Origin: Octopus sinensis
Lineage: Eukaryota
NCBI RefSeq assembly: GCF_006345805.1
Contig: NW_021833026.1
Location: forward strand, 372,001-436,000
DNA: 64,000 bases
Direction of reading: 5' to 3'
Under the pieces are notes generated by a model. It was not told the DNA's origin, made no database searches, and saw only the letters and a program-made list of their open reading frames with translations. This document shows, piece by piece, positions 1-12,137 of the stretch; the stretch's first letter is position 1; every line of letters begins with the position of its first letter. A program made the position numbers and the translations under genes.

Positions 1-100
1 CCTCTATAATGCCGGAACAATGGGACTCTCTAATACGGACAATCTCGATCTAAACTCGTTCCATAAAGACTAACTTCGACGTACTTTACTCTCCAAATAG
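1..100. mobile_element. Tigger/pogo-like terminal sequence relic (truncated by window edge)
   Basis: cctctataatgccggaaca...ctctctaatacggaca resembles the subterminal repeats of pogo/Tigger TIRs; no ORF. Confidence 0.3.
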
Positions 101-169
101 CATTCGAAACTCAGCAGTAAAACAGTTTATGTAAGGACATCAAGCAAACCAATCTTTCTCTGAATTAAA

Positions 170-335
170 GCATACAGGTGCAGGCTATTCCGACACATTC
201 TAAGGATGGATTTCAAGATACTGGAAAACATCTTCATGGAACATTATTTCGAAACTGACGGCTCTCGTTTCCGTAGACGTCCTTGTTTCTTACCAGAACT
301 GGGGAAGTTTCCGTTTACTCTTCTGTGTTACTGAC
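170..335 (+). mobile_element. RTE-type LINE C-terminal relic
   Basis: One frame reads RLFRHILRMDFKILENIFMEHYFETDGSRFRRRP, similar to RLLGHILRLDQDVYANWAMESYY...SRGRP of the RTE ORF at 55889-57301. Confidence 0.5.
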
Positions 336-2943
336 ACACAATCCTCTTTCTACTTCTCCTAAACCAGAATGACAGAGCGGGATACCTCATTGGTGGCGAT
401 TTTGCTGGTGACTCGGTCCTTGCTTCTTTTTATTGATGAAAAAGGAGAGATTCCAGTTTCCCTATCTAGACATGATCTTTTCCAATCTCAAGGGGAATAA
501 AAAGCGGCTCCTAGTAAAGATAAAAAATCTATTCATCTTGGAATAAACTCAGGCAACCCTTAAAAAGATGAGTGTAGCAAGAAAACCTGACCAAGTCGAA
601 ACATGAAACAATTTCTTAAAGAGGAAATTGAAAAAATGCAGAAAGAGTTAGAAGGAATTTCTGATTCTCAAAAGCGGAGTGAGTTCAAAGATCATCTCAC
701 TTGGTTGCGCCATCACGTTAACAGCTTAAAAGAGTTAGAGGACATAGAATCTATTCAGGAAAATTATAAATGGGTGGCCAAGAGCCTACATCACAATTTA
801 AAACTCAAATCTCTCTTTAGGCATAAGCCATAAGGTCAGTGCGGTCTTTATTAATCAGCGGACACTTTTTAGAGTCCTCTGGAATTGTGATTAAAAGCCA
901 GAAGCGATTCCTTGCCAAAGAACAGATTCATCAGGATTAAAAGTTGCTGAATGTTGGTTCGTTCGCTCTCCTTTTTTAGCGCCAAGGCACCAATATGATC
1001 CTACATATTTTTCTAAATTACAAAAAAGTCTTTTCCAGAAAAACGGAACCGTGTTTGTGAAGTCCATATCAAAAGGAAACATCACTGAGAACCTTTTCTT
1101 TGATCAGAAGATATCCTCCTGATTGTAACGGCCTGATTTTTTCTATACGTTGCTAAATAAAACGCAGGTTACTGGAAAGGATAGACTGTGTTTTCAGAAA
1201 AGATTTTAAGAGTTCCAAGAAGCATGGCGCTGTGACAATCATGACCAAATACATACATCATTTTCTCGTGCTTAGAGCTAAACAGAAGACCTGCTTGCTT
1301 TAAAATAGGGACTCCGTCAAAAAGAAAACGCTTATAATTAGGATCTAGGTTAACATCGACATATATTTCACCTTCTTTCCTATGAAGTTTCATAGGGACC
1401 TAAGATGCGGCTTTTATTTTCTTAATTTCATTTTAAATTAAGGCGAGTGTTTTTTGCTTTTTTCATTGCAGTTCGGGAATTTCATGAAATCGGTGGTGTA
1501 TTTCTGCTGTAAACTCTTGATTTTTACAGGATAAAGACAGAATGTCATCTTTACTCATCTCCAGATTTTTGCTTTTTGCTTCAAAGAAAAAATCTACATA
1601 TTTTTTTAAACTTAAATGGGCCCATTCGAAATTAGTTCTCTTTTGGTGTTATTTTGCATCTTTCTTAGAGATTAAAACAAACACAAATGAGTATAGATAT
1701 GTTATTTTAATGAACGAGGAACGTTGTTTTCCTAGATGGTGTCATCATAAATGATTTAATAAAAAAGGGATTCAAGAGAGTGAAGTACAAGGCAATAGAT
1801 AGCAGAAAGTCCAAATGGAGCTTTCGAATTTCTTCGTATCTCCTACATCGATTTATGTAATTTATTTTAGTATACAGGGGAAAAAAAGCATTATAAAATC
1901 TGAACCCATTATTTTGCAAATTTTTAGGGCTAACTAGTAAAATAAAGGCTTTATTCTTTATCACTCAATATAATGTGTAAACAGCGTGAATGAGAAGAAT
2001 TGGAAGTACTATCTTAAGATGACATGTTTTGTACTTTCTTTTGTTTTGATATTAATCGACTTTCTTATTCTTTTTTGGAAGTTTTGCACCCTTTTATTTA
2101 AATGGCTACGCTCCACACCTACTCCAGGATCATGAGGCGTGTAGACTTTATATCTTCTTTGGGAGTGATTTAGTGTTAAAAACTCTTTATTAGGGATGGG
2201 GGTGAAAAGAAAAATTAAACAAATTCTTTATTAGGGATGAAAAGAAAGCCTACGAAGAAGAATGCTTACCCAAGTAGACAATCTTTATTACTTCTCTCAC
2301 TCGGAAGCCTTATAAAATTTCTCCTGGAATTTCTTTTTCCTTATTTGGTACGAACAAATGCCATCTAGGGAATTCCAGATTTGGGGACTTTTCTATGCAG
2401 CATAGCTGTAGAAATTGTTTGAATATTCTCGAATGCTGGACAAAGAATTAGAATTGAACTTTCACCTATAATTTTAAATAATACACATTTAATCACAGTC
2501 AATTGATAAAAATTCAATATTTCTTTCTAATAAAGATAATTTACTGTAATGGCGACTGCGTTGGTTACTCAAGGACACTCTTAAATAAAATGTTGACATC
2601 ATAATGTATTGTTACAGACACAATTAACATTTTATTGGTGATTAAACTTTTCAGATTGAATAATCTGGAGGGCCATCTTATTAGAGTGATTGTGCTTGAA
2701 CACCTCGTCTACAATGAGCATACAAAATGCCAACAAAAATTAATTCCATTAATCGTAAATTGATCATTGTGAACTCAATGAAGGCACCCCCAAGGAAAAA
2801 AAGTAACAAAAATGCAACAAAACCTAACTGTTTTGCCCAGACTAATTCGATATGACTTTACCAACTATTTTAGTTCCTCACATGACACTAATTGTTTAAA
2901 AATAACTAATCAAATCACATTTTATATTTATCAAAAATGAGGT

Positions 2944-3530
2944 TCATCGCAAGAAGCAGTGAGCCCCAAGACATAGACACAATCCCTTAGACAATTTTCC
3001 GGTTGAAGTACTCTTAATATTCTGCAGAATAGTGTTGTGGGCATTCTTCATCTCCTCCATTCTCCTGACCTTCTCCGACAGACAGAAGTAAGCCTCCTCA
3101 GCTGCCTGCAACTCATCTCCCTTTTTGGCCAGACACCCTCTGGACCAATCAAATTACTTTATCACTTTAATCGACCAATCTCCTCAGAGAGAGCCTTAGT
3201 CTCTTTGAGTGAGTCTCCTCTTGCCTCAATCCACTCTCTAGACAGCCCAATCTCTCCTCGACTCCAAAATGAAAAGGTAACTTTACTTCTTTATTTTCTG
3301 GGCAAAATTCATCAACTCCTGTTCCAAGAATGTGACTGTATTTGCCTTTTCTTTGAGCCTTTCCACCATTTCCTTTGGATAAATGACCCTCTCAGAACGT
3401 TGTTTCGAATGAGACGAGACCCCTCATCACCAAGACGTACACTCAACTGCTTACTTCCGAGTAATAGGCGGATCATTCTGAAACTGCACTCCTCAACAAA
3501 TTTTTTGCCAAAATTAAGAAATTATTATTC
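2944..3530 (-). CDS. Uncharacterised coiled-coil protein with micro-introns (start uncertain)
   Basis: Removing 25-nt (gtaaag...ttggag) and 27-nt (gtgata...gtccag) GT-AG introns gives an open frame MVERLKEKANTVTFLEQELMNFAQKIK...KGDELQAAEEAYFCLSEKVRRMEEMKNAHNTILQNIK. Confidence 0.5.
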
Positions 3531-4139
3531 AAAATTTAAATTTATATTTATAAAAACCCAGCTGAATTCCAAAAAACTGACAATATTAAATGTTATTTAT
3601 TTAATGTTTTAAATGCTTTAAATTTATCGAATTAATTCAATAGATTATCACGTGTTATTTTTTTCTTTTGTTGTGTTTCTGGTTGTTAGTTTTTATTTTA
3701 TTTGTTTTTGCTATTAATGTTTTTTTGTTTAATATTATTATTTTTTTATTTGTTTGAAGATTAATTAATTTGACTACTGGTAAAATATTCTGGATAAAGT
3801 TTTTTTTACAAGTGAATTTGTATTTATTTTGTCAATTAATCAATCTCCATTCATAAGGATTTCTTGAATTAAATTTGATTTTTTTACTATTTTATTGTTT
3901 ATTTTGATTTTTTTACATTTTGATCTTTTTAGTATTTTATTTTGTGTTTTTATAGTTGTAGTTCATTTTAGTAAAAGTAAAAATTCGATTCTTGAAAAAA
4001 AGAAAATACAGTGCGACCTCGAATTGGGGAAATTATTTTTTAATAAAAAATCAGTTAATTTTAATCAAGTGTTTTGTTTTTTGCATCGAACTCACATTTG
4101 CTTTGAATCTGAATAGATCAAGTGCATTTTCCGGAGTCT

Positions 4140-4470
4140 TCTGCTCAATAACATTTAGGATTTGGTTCGTTGTGGTTATCCTATCAGTTCTAAATTTATT
4201 CCGTTAACTATCTCTATTCCACTCATCGACCAGGTCTTGATCGACCAGGCACTGTCTTCCAACGCTCTTGGAACCTGGTTCAAGTTATTCTGTTTCTTCC
4301 CTGACTGCCTCAATTCTATATCAATTCCCTCACGTGATGCCAAACACGTTTCTTCCGTTTAGCGGATCAAAGATCGCTGTCTATCCTTTGTTCATTCAGA
4401 ATTCAACTCTGACTGGCTGTCCGTCCCTTGTTCTCCGTCTAGTAATGAGCCATCTCCCAAACAGGTGGAC
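4140..4470 (-). mobile_element. Degenerate LINE (RTE-like) C-terminal relic
   Basis: Broken frames give KRVWHHVR and WKTVPGRSRPGR, resembling the RLRWFGHV and GRRRPGRP motifs of LINE RT C-termini. Confidence 0.3.
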
Positions 4471-4489
4471 GATGTTAAGTTAGTTAGTT

Positions 4490-4830
4490 CACATATTGTA
4501 TATCCCGAACACAATTGTGGTTATAGAATTTTTTGTTCCATTATTTGACAAAATTTTAATTTTTAAAATTTTGAATGGTATGTTGAATGGAAAGAATATT
4601 TCAATTTTTTCTGAAACTGTGTACTTATTTATATTCAGTTCGTCATATAATGGGTATTTGCGGTTACCAGGGTTATCATCCCTATCGTGTTTCAGCAGCA
4701 CTGTATTTCCAATTTCAATGTCTTCTGCGTCATATTTCCACCTACGACGTTTTTACATTTTCTCTCCAGCTTTAACAAGGTTTTCATGTACTTGTTTCTC
4801 AGTATTTTTATCGTCATTCTCAAAATAATT
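4490..4830 (-). mobile_element. Ginger/KRBA2-like integrase transposon, C-terminal relic
   Basis: KRRRWKYDAEDIEIGNTVLLKHDRDDNPGNRKYPLYDE resembles the C-terminal region of Ginger/GIN-type integrases; contains an internal stop. Confidence 0.45.
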
Positions 4831-4847
4831 CGAATTTGACGCATCAC

Positions 4848-5035
4848 TTTTTTTGATTCTAATGTGGTTTATTACGACAAAAAGAATTCGGTCAAGTGTT
4901 GAAAGCTTCATGGACGGGAAACCGACGCGATCGAGAAAGAATTAGAGCGTACTATCGCAAGGGATATCCGCTCGAAAAACCATCTTGATTCGCGGACGTC
5001 GCCTGTGATAGCAGAAATTGTTGGCTGCACTCCTC
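4848..5035 (-). mobile_element. CRE-clade non-LTR retrotransposon 3' end (copy A)
   Basis: GDVRESRWFFERISLAIVRSNSFSI is the same C-terminal motif as in the other CRE copies; followed by aataaa and a 7-A tail (T run 4848-4854). Confidence 0.8.
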
Positions 5036-5039
5036 TTCA

Positions 5040-5300
5040 TCACTACTGTTATCATCTCAGAAACTCTCCAAAATCGCATTTTCCACAGTATCGGAATTAA
5101 TCACACTTTCTCCGATGTCCTCTTTTTCCCGACAGTCATATTCAAAAGCTTTTTCAATGCAATATTGTATTGAAGTGTCTGTAATCTCGTCTCATGCCAA
5201 TTTCGAACATGAAATAGCATCCAATATTGTGATTCCCTTTATTGCTTCATTTATTTGTGCTGCAGGATTTTTATCATAGATAATCGTTTTCATAATCCAG
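5040..5300 (-). mobile_element. Tigger transposase C-terminal fragment
   Basis: ITILDAISCSKLA*DEITDTSIQYCIEKAF resembles the Tigger ITVLDA...WNEVS..TIQNCF.KAGF motif. Confidence 0.55.
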
Positions 5301-5309
5301 TTATTGAAA

Positions 5310-5790
5310 TGATTCTTAAATGCCTTTATCCCCACTGCTACTGAATGGCAAAGAACTGAGGGCGGTATTTACTTCTGTCGGAGAGACGGGATATACAGAA
5401 TGGGAATCAGTAATCAGATCTGGGATTTCAGATAAATCATTCGAGGCACCGGGGTGTTTAGAGCGCAATTGGTCGAGGACTTTATCAGAGGTGGGGGCAA
5501 TTGTAGTGTTTGAGGAAATGACACGTACTGCACTGCGAACGTCGCCTTGCATAAGCTTGCTGCGAACCATTCGAGTAATGTCCTGAGTGCTCTGAATTGG
5601 ACGAGAAAGCCTTGAAGGGAAAAATAGCTGATATCGAATTCTGAATAATTTTAAATTTATTAATGGAAATTCTGAATTGTTGAAAGTTGAAAAACTTGAA
5701 TTTTGGCCGATTCAGGAATTCGTGACTGGATAGAGTTCGATTTCCGGAAACGAGACAAAAGTACAAGAAATTCACGAGTCTCGGAACAAA
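5310..5790 (-). mobile_element. CRE retrotransposon N-terminal/pre-RT region (copy B, possibly same insertion as A)
   Basis: VRSKLMQGDVRSAVRVISS...LDQLRSKHP aligns with RKLLEGDVRAALRVITS...LNTLIQKHP of the full-length copy; LSRFRKSNSIQSRIPESAKI aligns with ISNLRKARKIPVKIPKGARI. Confidence 0.75.
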
Positions 5791-5799
5791 ACCGGTAAT

Positions 5800-6290
5800 A
5801 ATACCTGAGTTCCAATTTCAATGGATCCCTCATCAAATCTCCACTTTCTTCGTTGCACCACTTTTTCACCAGCATTTATTAAATTCACGTATGCTTGCAT
5901 GGTGCACAACGAGAAATTACACGCTGTATCTCTTCCCTTGTGACTCCATAAATCAATCTTCTCAGCTTTGAGAATAAGCGGTCCCGTCCAAAGTGATTAA
6001 GATTATGTTCCGCCTAAATTATATTGAGATAAATTCTACTTCAATAAATTTAAGCTTCATTTCATCCTCGCAAAAAAATGCAATTTTAGACCAGTTCTAT
6101 TGTAGAATACAACTCCATTTTCGAATGTAAAAGATTCAGATAGTTTTCTGATTCTGAACCTTTTGAGGCGGCTCATGCTATCTGGAAATCCAATTTCTGA
6201 ATTTTCTTCTTTGATATTTTGTATAATACTGAGAATTTCTTTAGTTAGTCTCTCACTATCCGCCTACTATTACGCTTCTTAATTTAAACC
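5800..6290 (-). mobile_element. Ginger/KRBA2-like integrase, HHCC zinc-binding relic
   Basis: H.GRDRLFSKLRRLIYGVTREEIQRVISRCAPC is an integrase HHCC-type motif; same strand as, and upstream of, the C-terminal piece at 4490-4830. Confidence 0.55.
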
Positions 6291-6353
6291 TTAAAAATCG
6301 GATTTTATTAAAATTAATAACTAATTAATCTTTTCCAATGACGATTTGTAATA

Positions 6354-7892
6354 CAGTAAAACCTCTAGTGCTCGCCATTTTCGGGACCGAAGAAAAAATG
6401 GCGACCAATAGAATTTGGCGAGCAATGGAAATAATCAATAAATTTTTTGACTTTGAAATTTTGAAAACATCTCGGTTTTCGATACTTTCCGATCATTAGT
6501 GATCCTTCCAAGTCATATTTGAGCAAAGAAACAAAGAGAATCGAAAGAAATTAAAAAGAAAAAATTAACTAAAAAAATCTTTAATAGTTTTTTTTAATTC
6601 AGCCATATTTCTAATAACTGTGTCGATTAGTTCCAACGAATTTATATCAAAATTTTCATTTTGATAAAAGAATGACTTTATTCTTTTCAACATTTTCAAA
6701 GCCTCTACTGAATTCACATGAGATTCGTCATTATGAGTATCTTCATCGTCATATTTTTGTGGAAAAGAATCTCCAGCAATATTAAGGTAATCTTCAATTT
6801 CATCTATTTCGGTAAATTCATGATTAATAAAATCATCTTTATCCACCGGGTCCAATATTTTTAAGATATTTACCATTTGATCATAATTATCAATTTTAAC
6901 AGTTGTTCTTTCGAGTTGATTTTCACATTCGATTTATTTTGAATGTCCGAAACACTTTGTAATTGTTTTGGTCGTTACTTTTTTCCAGGAAAAATATGTA
7001 AAAAGAAGACCATCTTTTAAGGTTAATTTTTTATGAGCTTCCAGTGGATTTTCTCCATTTTCAATTTTTCTACCATAAACTCAAATTTAAGTTTATTAAA
7101 ATGTCCTTTGAAGAATTCTATTCCAAGTTAATAGTTCGGTGTCAATAACAGAATAAGTTAAGTTAGATAATCTCTTCTTATTGGAGAAAATGGGATCAGT
7201 AGACATTATTTTCTCTTTTCCAAGTCTTAAATTGTTCACAGCCCTTCGAGATATTTTTTCTTCAAAACAGAAGTAAGCTATACGGTCTATCGTGAGACTT
7301 TTGTTCTTCTCCATGTACGCAATAATGCGACGTTTTTCATTAAAAGACAATCTTGTGCACTTACGCATGTTGAATTTAGCGTGGTTGAAACAACAACAAC
7401 AAGAAGCCCTGCCGCAAGATGAGAACGGAATGTTAACATCTCGCTTGGGCCAGCCACATAAGATCAAGACAGAGAGAGAACATGCTATTAGGAAACTAAC
7501 TAATCCAGAGGAAGACGTCCCGAACGAAGACATGTATCTCTGCTCCATCTAATTTTTCTTTTCGAGTGTGGCTGAAGTAGACATCCGGTTCCACAGTGCT
7601 TAAAGAACTTCGTAGTTTTCCGAAGCTCCTGGGTTCGAATCTCACTGTTATCATTTCGACGGAAGGTTCCATGCATATTACATGCACCCCGGATTGACGA
7701 GTGACGCCGTCAACAGTGGTTGAAATATTTTATGTAAAAAATAGTTTAGCAAAAAAAAAATTTTTTTAAATTAATGGCGAGATTTAGAAAATGGCGAGCA
7801 ATAGAATGTTTATCAAAATTTACTAGAAATTTTTAATTTTTTGAAAAATATGTGGCGAGCAATAGAGGTGGCGAGCACCAGAGGTTTTACTG
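6354..7892 (-). mobile_element. Tigger (pogo superfamily) internally deleted element with intact TIRs
   Basis: TIRs cagtaaaacctct(a/g)gtgctcgcca at both ends, TA duplications at 6352-6353 and 7893-7894, repeated ggcgagcaata subterminal motifs. Encodes a CENP-B HTH N-terminus (MRKCTRLSFNEKRRII...IDTELLTW) and an acidic C-terminus; DDE domain missing. Confidence 0.9.
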
Positions 7893-8185
7893 TAATTTAT
7901 TTTTTTTCGATATGATTTTTTTGTCAATTTGATGTTAGCGTTTCATTAACGGCGTGTTTCTTTATCTGACTGTGACATCAAATAATCAATTTGATTTAAA
8001 GCAAGAATTTTTTTATTAGATAAAATATGCTAAAAAAGAGGTAAAGGCTGTCCCTATTATTAGGACACATTCCATAGGAGCGTTAACAATAAGAATTTAT
8101 TTCTTAGAATTAAAACTCCACATGAAATCATTAATAAATTATTTGTTAATAAATAAAATAAAGTTAATAAATTATATTAATAAAT

Positions 8186-8722
8186 TTAAAAATCTTGTGG
8201 AATCATGGAAACAACATAGTTCTTGTAGTTCAAACACTCAGGACTAATAGATGTCGCATGTGAGATCATTTCCTCAATCTCATCAGCCGAGAATGCCTCC
8301 CCACGCTCAGTCATGTATGCACTCACCTCCTCAAATGTAAGATACCCTAAAATACCCTCCACACACAACCTTTATTCTCCACATCCAACGTCTCAAATGC
8401 CTTCATCAACAACTTCTCTCCTGCTGGCTTGTAGCTCTTCTCCAGCAATATTAAGGTCAGGACTGAACTGAACTTCTCCAGAGAAATACTGCTTTCGGAA
8501 TTGTCGTCCTGAAGGGTAACGAGGGCATGTCACCTCCATCTCCATTATTAGGTCTCTGATCTCGCTCTCAGAAGGACAGCAGCCCAGGGAACGGATTACA
8601 GTTCCCGCCTCTCGGATATCGATTGTTTTGTTCTGCTCGTGGTCGAACACAGTGAAGGCTTCTTCTATTTTCTTTTGGATTTCTTTTACTGTTGTGTTTG
8701 GTTGGGAGGGGTCCACGTCCAT
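8186..8722 (-). CDS. EFCAB2: EF-hand calcium-binding protein 2 / dynein regulatory complex protein 8
   Basis: EAFTVFDHEQNKTIDIREAGTVIRSLGCCPSESEI...YMTERGEAFSADEIEEMISHA matches EFCAB2/DRC8; two micro-introns (25 and 23 nt) restore the frame. Confidence 0.9.
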
Positions 8723-8983
8723 TTACTATTGTTTGGAGATAATTTATTTGAAATAATTTAAATGATATATTTTTGAAAATATTTTTTAATTAAAAATTTA
8801 TTTATTAAATTAGTTTTTATTTATGATTTTTGTAGATGGCGAATTTAATTGTGAAATATTATTTGATTAAATTATAAACACAGTTAATTTATGTTAATAA
8901 TATTTTTTGCAATATTATAAATATAATTTTAAATATATATTTTACTATTTTTAAATTTTAAATATTTTATCAAAGTGGTAAAT
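8723..8983. promoter_or_regulatory. Very AT-rich 261-bp divergent intergenic region (probable bidirectional promoter)
   Basis: Lies between the head-to-head start codons of EFCAB2 and PPP1R8. Confidence 0.55.
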
Positions 8984-9831
8984 ATGGATGAAATAGAGGA
9001 AGCTAAAAATTATAAAATCCCATCATGGTAATAAAAAATATAAAATGTATAATCAGGGCTTCAGTCCCTCCAAAAGGCCTACACATTCAAGTCATAAAAG
9101 ATTCACAAATAGCCACCGTTTACTATATTCTCATAACCCACAGAAATTACCAATCGATCAGAAAAAATGTTACTATTTTGGCAGAAATAAACTCCTGAAT
9201 GACTTTATAATAGAGCACGCCTCATCCTCCCGAGTCCACGCAGCCCTCTTGTGGCATGGAGCCCTCCAGAAATCCTTCCTAGTCGACCTGGGCAGTGGTT
9301 TGAGTATCCCAATATTTAAGCCCATGGCACGTGGATTGAAAAAACGAGATTAATTCCCGCCAAACCAGAACTTGTCAGATTTGGCGCCAAAATTCACTTT
9401 GGTGCCTCTACGAGACATTACGTAATCAACGAGGGTATTCAAGAGAAGGGAAATGTCTTTGTGGAAGAGGAATCCTCGGATGTGGACGTTTATTTTATTT
9501 ATATATTTTTAAGGAACTCACAAGAATCAATACAATTGCTAATCGCGGGAAAAAAGTGATAAATGCATTTTTTCCCTCCAAAAAAGAGTATTGTAATCGA
9601 CCACGTGTTACATTTGCACGTGAGGATTTTATTATTAATGAAGACGAGTTTGACGAGAGTGTGGGAAAGTTCCGACATTTGGAACCAGAATCAGTGTTGA
9701 TACCCACAAAGAGGGGACAGGAGAGTCTGTCTACTCGAGTGGGAGGTGGGATGGTCGATTGCAAGCACCTGGTTGAGAGAAAGTGTTTTGAAGGGAAGAA
9801 ATATGCAAAGGAAGTATGGCCTGGTCATTGA
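8984..9831 (+). CDS. PPP1R8: Nuclear inhibitor of protein phosphatase 1 (FHA domain + RVxF motif)
   Basis: After splicing: KIPSWASVPPKGLH, FHA motifs YYFGRN, SSRVHAAL and AHGTW, RVTF PP1-docking motif, SVGKFRH, and C-terminal KKYAKEVWPG; five introns of 23-32 nt. A possible extra terminal exon extends to 10000. Confidence 0.92.
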
Positions 9832-10086
9832 CTGATATTTAAAATATTTGTTAAATATGGAAATTGGAATATTTTTAAATATTTGTTGAATATGGAAATT
9901 AGAATTAATAAAGGAAGGAATGGAGGGAGAGGATTGGGTGACGAGATTGGCAAAAGTGGGCAACGGAGGAATCAGACGAGCAGATAGTTATGTAGAGTAG
10001 TGATAAAAACTCGATTAAGCCCTATTTAATGGTGGCACATCTGAGTTACTGTGAGGATCAAATACATGATAACGAACCAAGAGTAC

Positions 10087-10680
10087 ATGTCAAGTACAGT
10101 CTGTTCAAAAAAGCGTGAGCAATTGAAATGTATGTTTTTTAATTTTGTATATTTTAAAGTAACCAAATATTCTTAAAAATCTTGTTTAAAAATACGTGAC
10201 AACTAATTTTTTGCTATACTTTTTCTCTTAATAAAACTCGGGTTTTTTGTTAATAAGTTAAATGTAAAATACAACAAGATGTCATCCTGAAGTTTTATTG
10301 TCAAGTATTTAATTTCGGAAAAATTAAGACGAGGGGGTTAACAGAGAACAATTGCCAAAGAATCAATGTTTTGGAATTCTTTGGTGCAGCAGGCCCATGA
10401 AAAACAATGTCTTTTTCACGTGCACTGGGTTCTGGTCGTCCATAAAAGCTTACTCAGACAATTAAAAACGCAAGGAAGTTTTAAATTGTATGTCGAAATC
10501 ACTGCTTTTGAAAATAGATTGAAGTTGCGGGAATTACAGTTCCAAAATATATCACACATTTTGTGATTTTTTTTACGAATCCGACTGATGTTTCGGAATA
10601 TACAAACTTGTTATGGAGTTGAGATTAGAATTTTCATCACGTTTTATGCATTTAAGAGTTAAATCAAGTAAATATTTCAC
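10087..10680 (+). mobile_element. Tc1/mariner relic
   Basis: tacagtctgttcaaaaaagcgtgag is a Tc1/mariner-like terminus; GSGRP-like HTH linker near 10425-10450; no intact ORF or partner TIR. Confidence 0.3.
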
Positions 10681-10969
10681 AAGTTTGGCTGGGATTTGGT
10701 CGTATCCCGGTGCGTGGTTGTTGTTTATTTAAATGATTTATCTTTTGTAACCAATTTGGTTATCGACCTTGAAGGAAAATCAAGAAAAATGACACAAAAG
10801 GAATTAGAGAATGACATTTTCTGCAATAGAATGGGAATTACCTATAATTTAAAATAATGATGCAACCAGTTTTTACGATTATCTCTGCTACTTTATATGA
10901 ATAAAATAATCCAGAGACATTTTGAGATATATTTTTATTAAAGATTGTCGGTAAAGAGTTTTTATTTTT

Positions 10970-11370
10970 AAAATTCTTTTTTAATTCAGAAAAAAGTCTG
11001 CCTTTTTCAAATTGAATTATTTCAAGAGAAAAATCGTCATTGACAGATAGCCAGAGTATTGCCTCTGACTATGGCTATAGATATTCGTTCGATTAAATAC
11101 CGGTGCTCACACGGGTCGCCGGTAACCCTTTCGATTAATGAGGCAATGCGCTGGAGTAGGGTCCGAGTAGAAGGCCCCTGTATTCCTGACGTCTCAACAG
11201 CCAGGGGGACAAACACTCTGCCATTCCCAATTCCAGCGTATTTCTCAGCTTTTCTCTTCTCAGCCCGTTCAGACGGAGCTCCCGGATTTTCGATACATAA
11301 TTTGATATTCTGATTGGAAAAGGAGTTCACACACGTGATGTCCCAAACCAGACACTTTTCCGTCCCAAAC
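10970..11370 (-). mobile_element. 5'-truncated CRE retrotransposon (copy C), REL endonuclease end
   Basis: LVWDITCVNSF...AEKRKAEKY...FVPLAVETSG...GDPCEHRYLIERISIAIVRGN. Confidence 0.85.
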
Positions 11371-11609
11371 CAATTGAATTATGATGTTTTAGATTTAAAT
11401 TTTCAATCAAACGAGACAATTTCATTGACTCATACGAAAAGATTTTACCACATTGAAAACAAATTGGTTTATTAAAATTTTGAGATTACACATTTTTGAT
11501 CAAAAAAAGTATTGTCAAACTCACTTTGACGCACAGACATTCTGAAATTTCCAACTTTGAATTCAAAATACACACACATTAAAGAGTGTCAAGCCTACAA
11601 ACATCACAA

Positions 11610-12137
11610 GGTCGTGGACGTATCGTGCAACTGTCCCTTCAAGCAACAGATAAAGCAGAGATGTGCGGAATAAATTGATTCAGAGGAGAAAACATTTACA
11701 GCAAGTGACAATACCAGAAAGCCATCACTGCAGCTAGTCACACAGTGGATCAAGAAGAGTTGGGACGCTATGGAGCCTGCCATCATCACCAGAGGCTTCA
11801 AGAAGTGTAGCCTCACCAATAAACTGGATGGTACTGAGGATGATGTGTTGAGAGGAAGAGCAAGTGGATGAAGGAAGCGTGTACGTTGATGAGATATTCA
11901 ACAAAGAGATGTATGGGGGGACGGATAAAAGGACAGGCAAAGAGAAAGAAGAATATTTGAGAGATATTTGAAGTTCTGATGCGGACTCTTTATTTGAAGG
12001 ATTAGATTTCTGATTTTCGTCATCGAGAAATTTTAAATGTGTACTATATTCGATTACTGCGTTTTTCCAAATGTTTCTGGCGAAAAATCACCTTTGTGAT
12101 ATTTTCTATTGCGCGTTAAAATCGAGAATATAGGGTA
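11610..12137 (+). mobile_element. pogo transposase C-terminus and right end
   Basis: DVSCNCPFKQQIK...RKPSLQLVTQWIKKSWDAMEPAIITRGFKKCSLTNKLDGTEDD is a classic pogo C-terminus; gcgcgttaaaatcgagaatatagggta resembles a pogo TIR. Confidence 0.72.

Noticed and set aside
3037-3612. 191-aa + strand ORF
   Set aside because: S/L/P-rich antisense shadow of a G-rich spliced gene on the minus strand.
4489-4701. SUN-domain-like KILSNNG motif
   Set aside because: The upstream part of the frame is integrase-like and contains a stop; the SUN resemblance covers only a few residues.
7565-7650. Functional tRNA gene
   Set aside because: No 7-bp acceptor stem or proper D arm; kept only as a tRNA-like relic in the findings.
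9995-10050. C/D box snoRNA (gtgataa...ctga)
   Set aside because: Degenerate box C, only about 55 nt, weak terminal stem, and it overlaps the probable PPP1R8 terminal exon.
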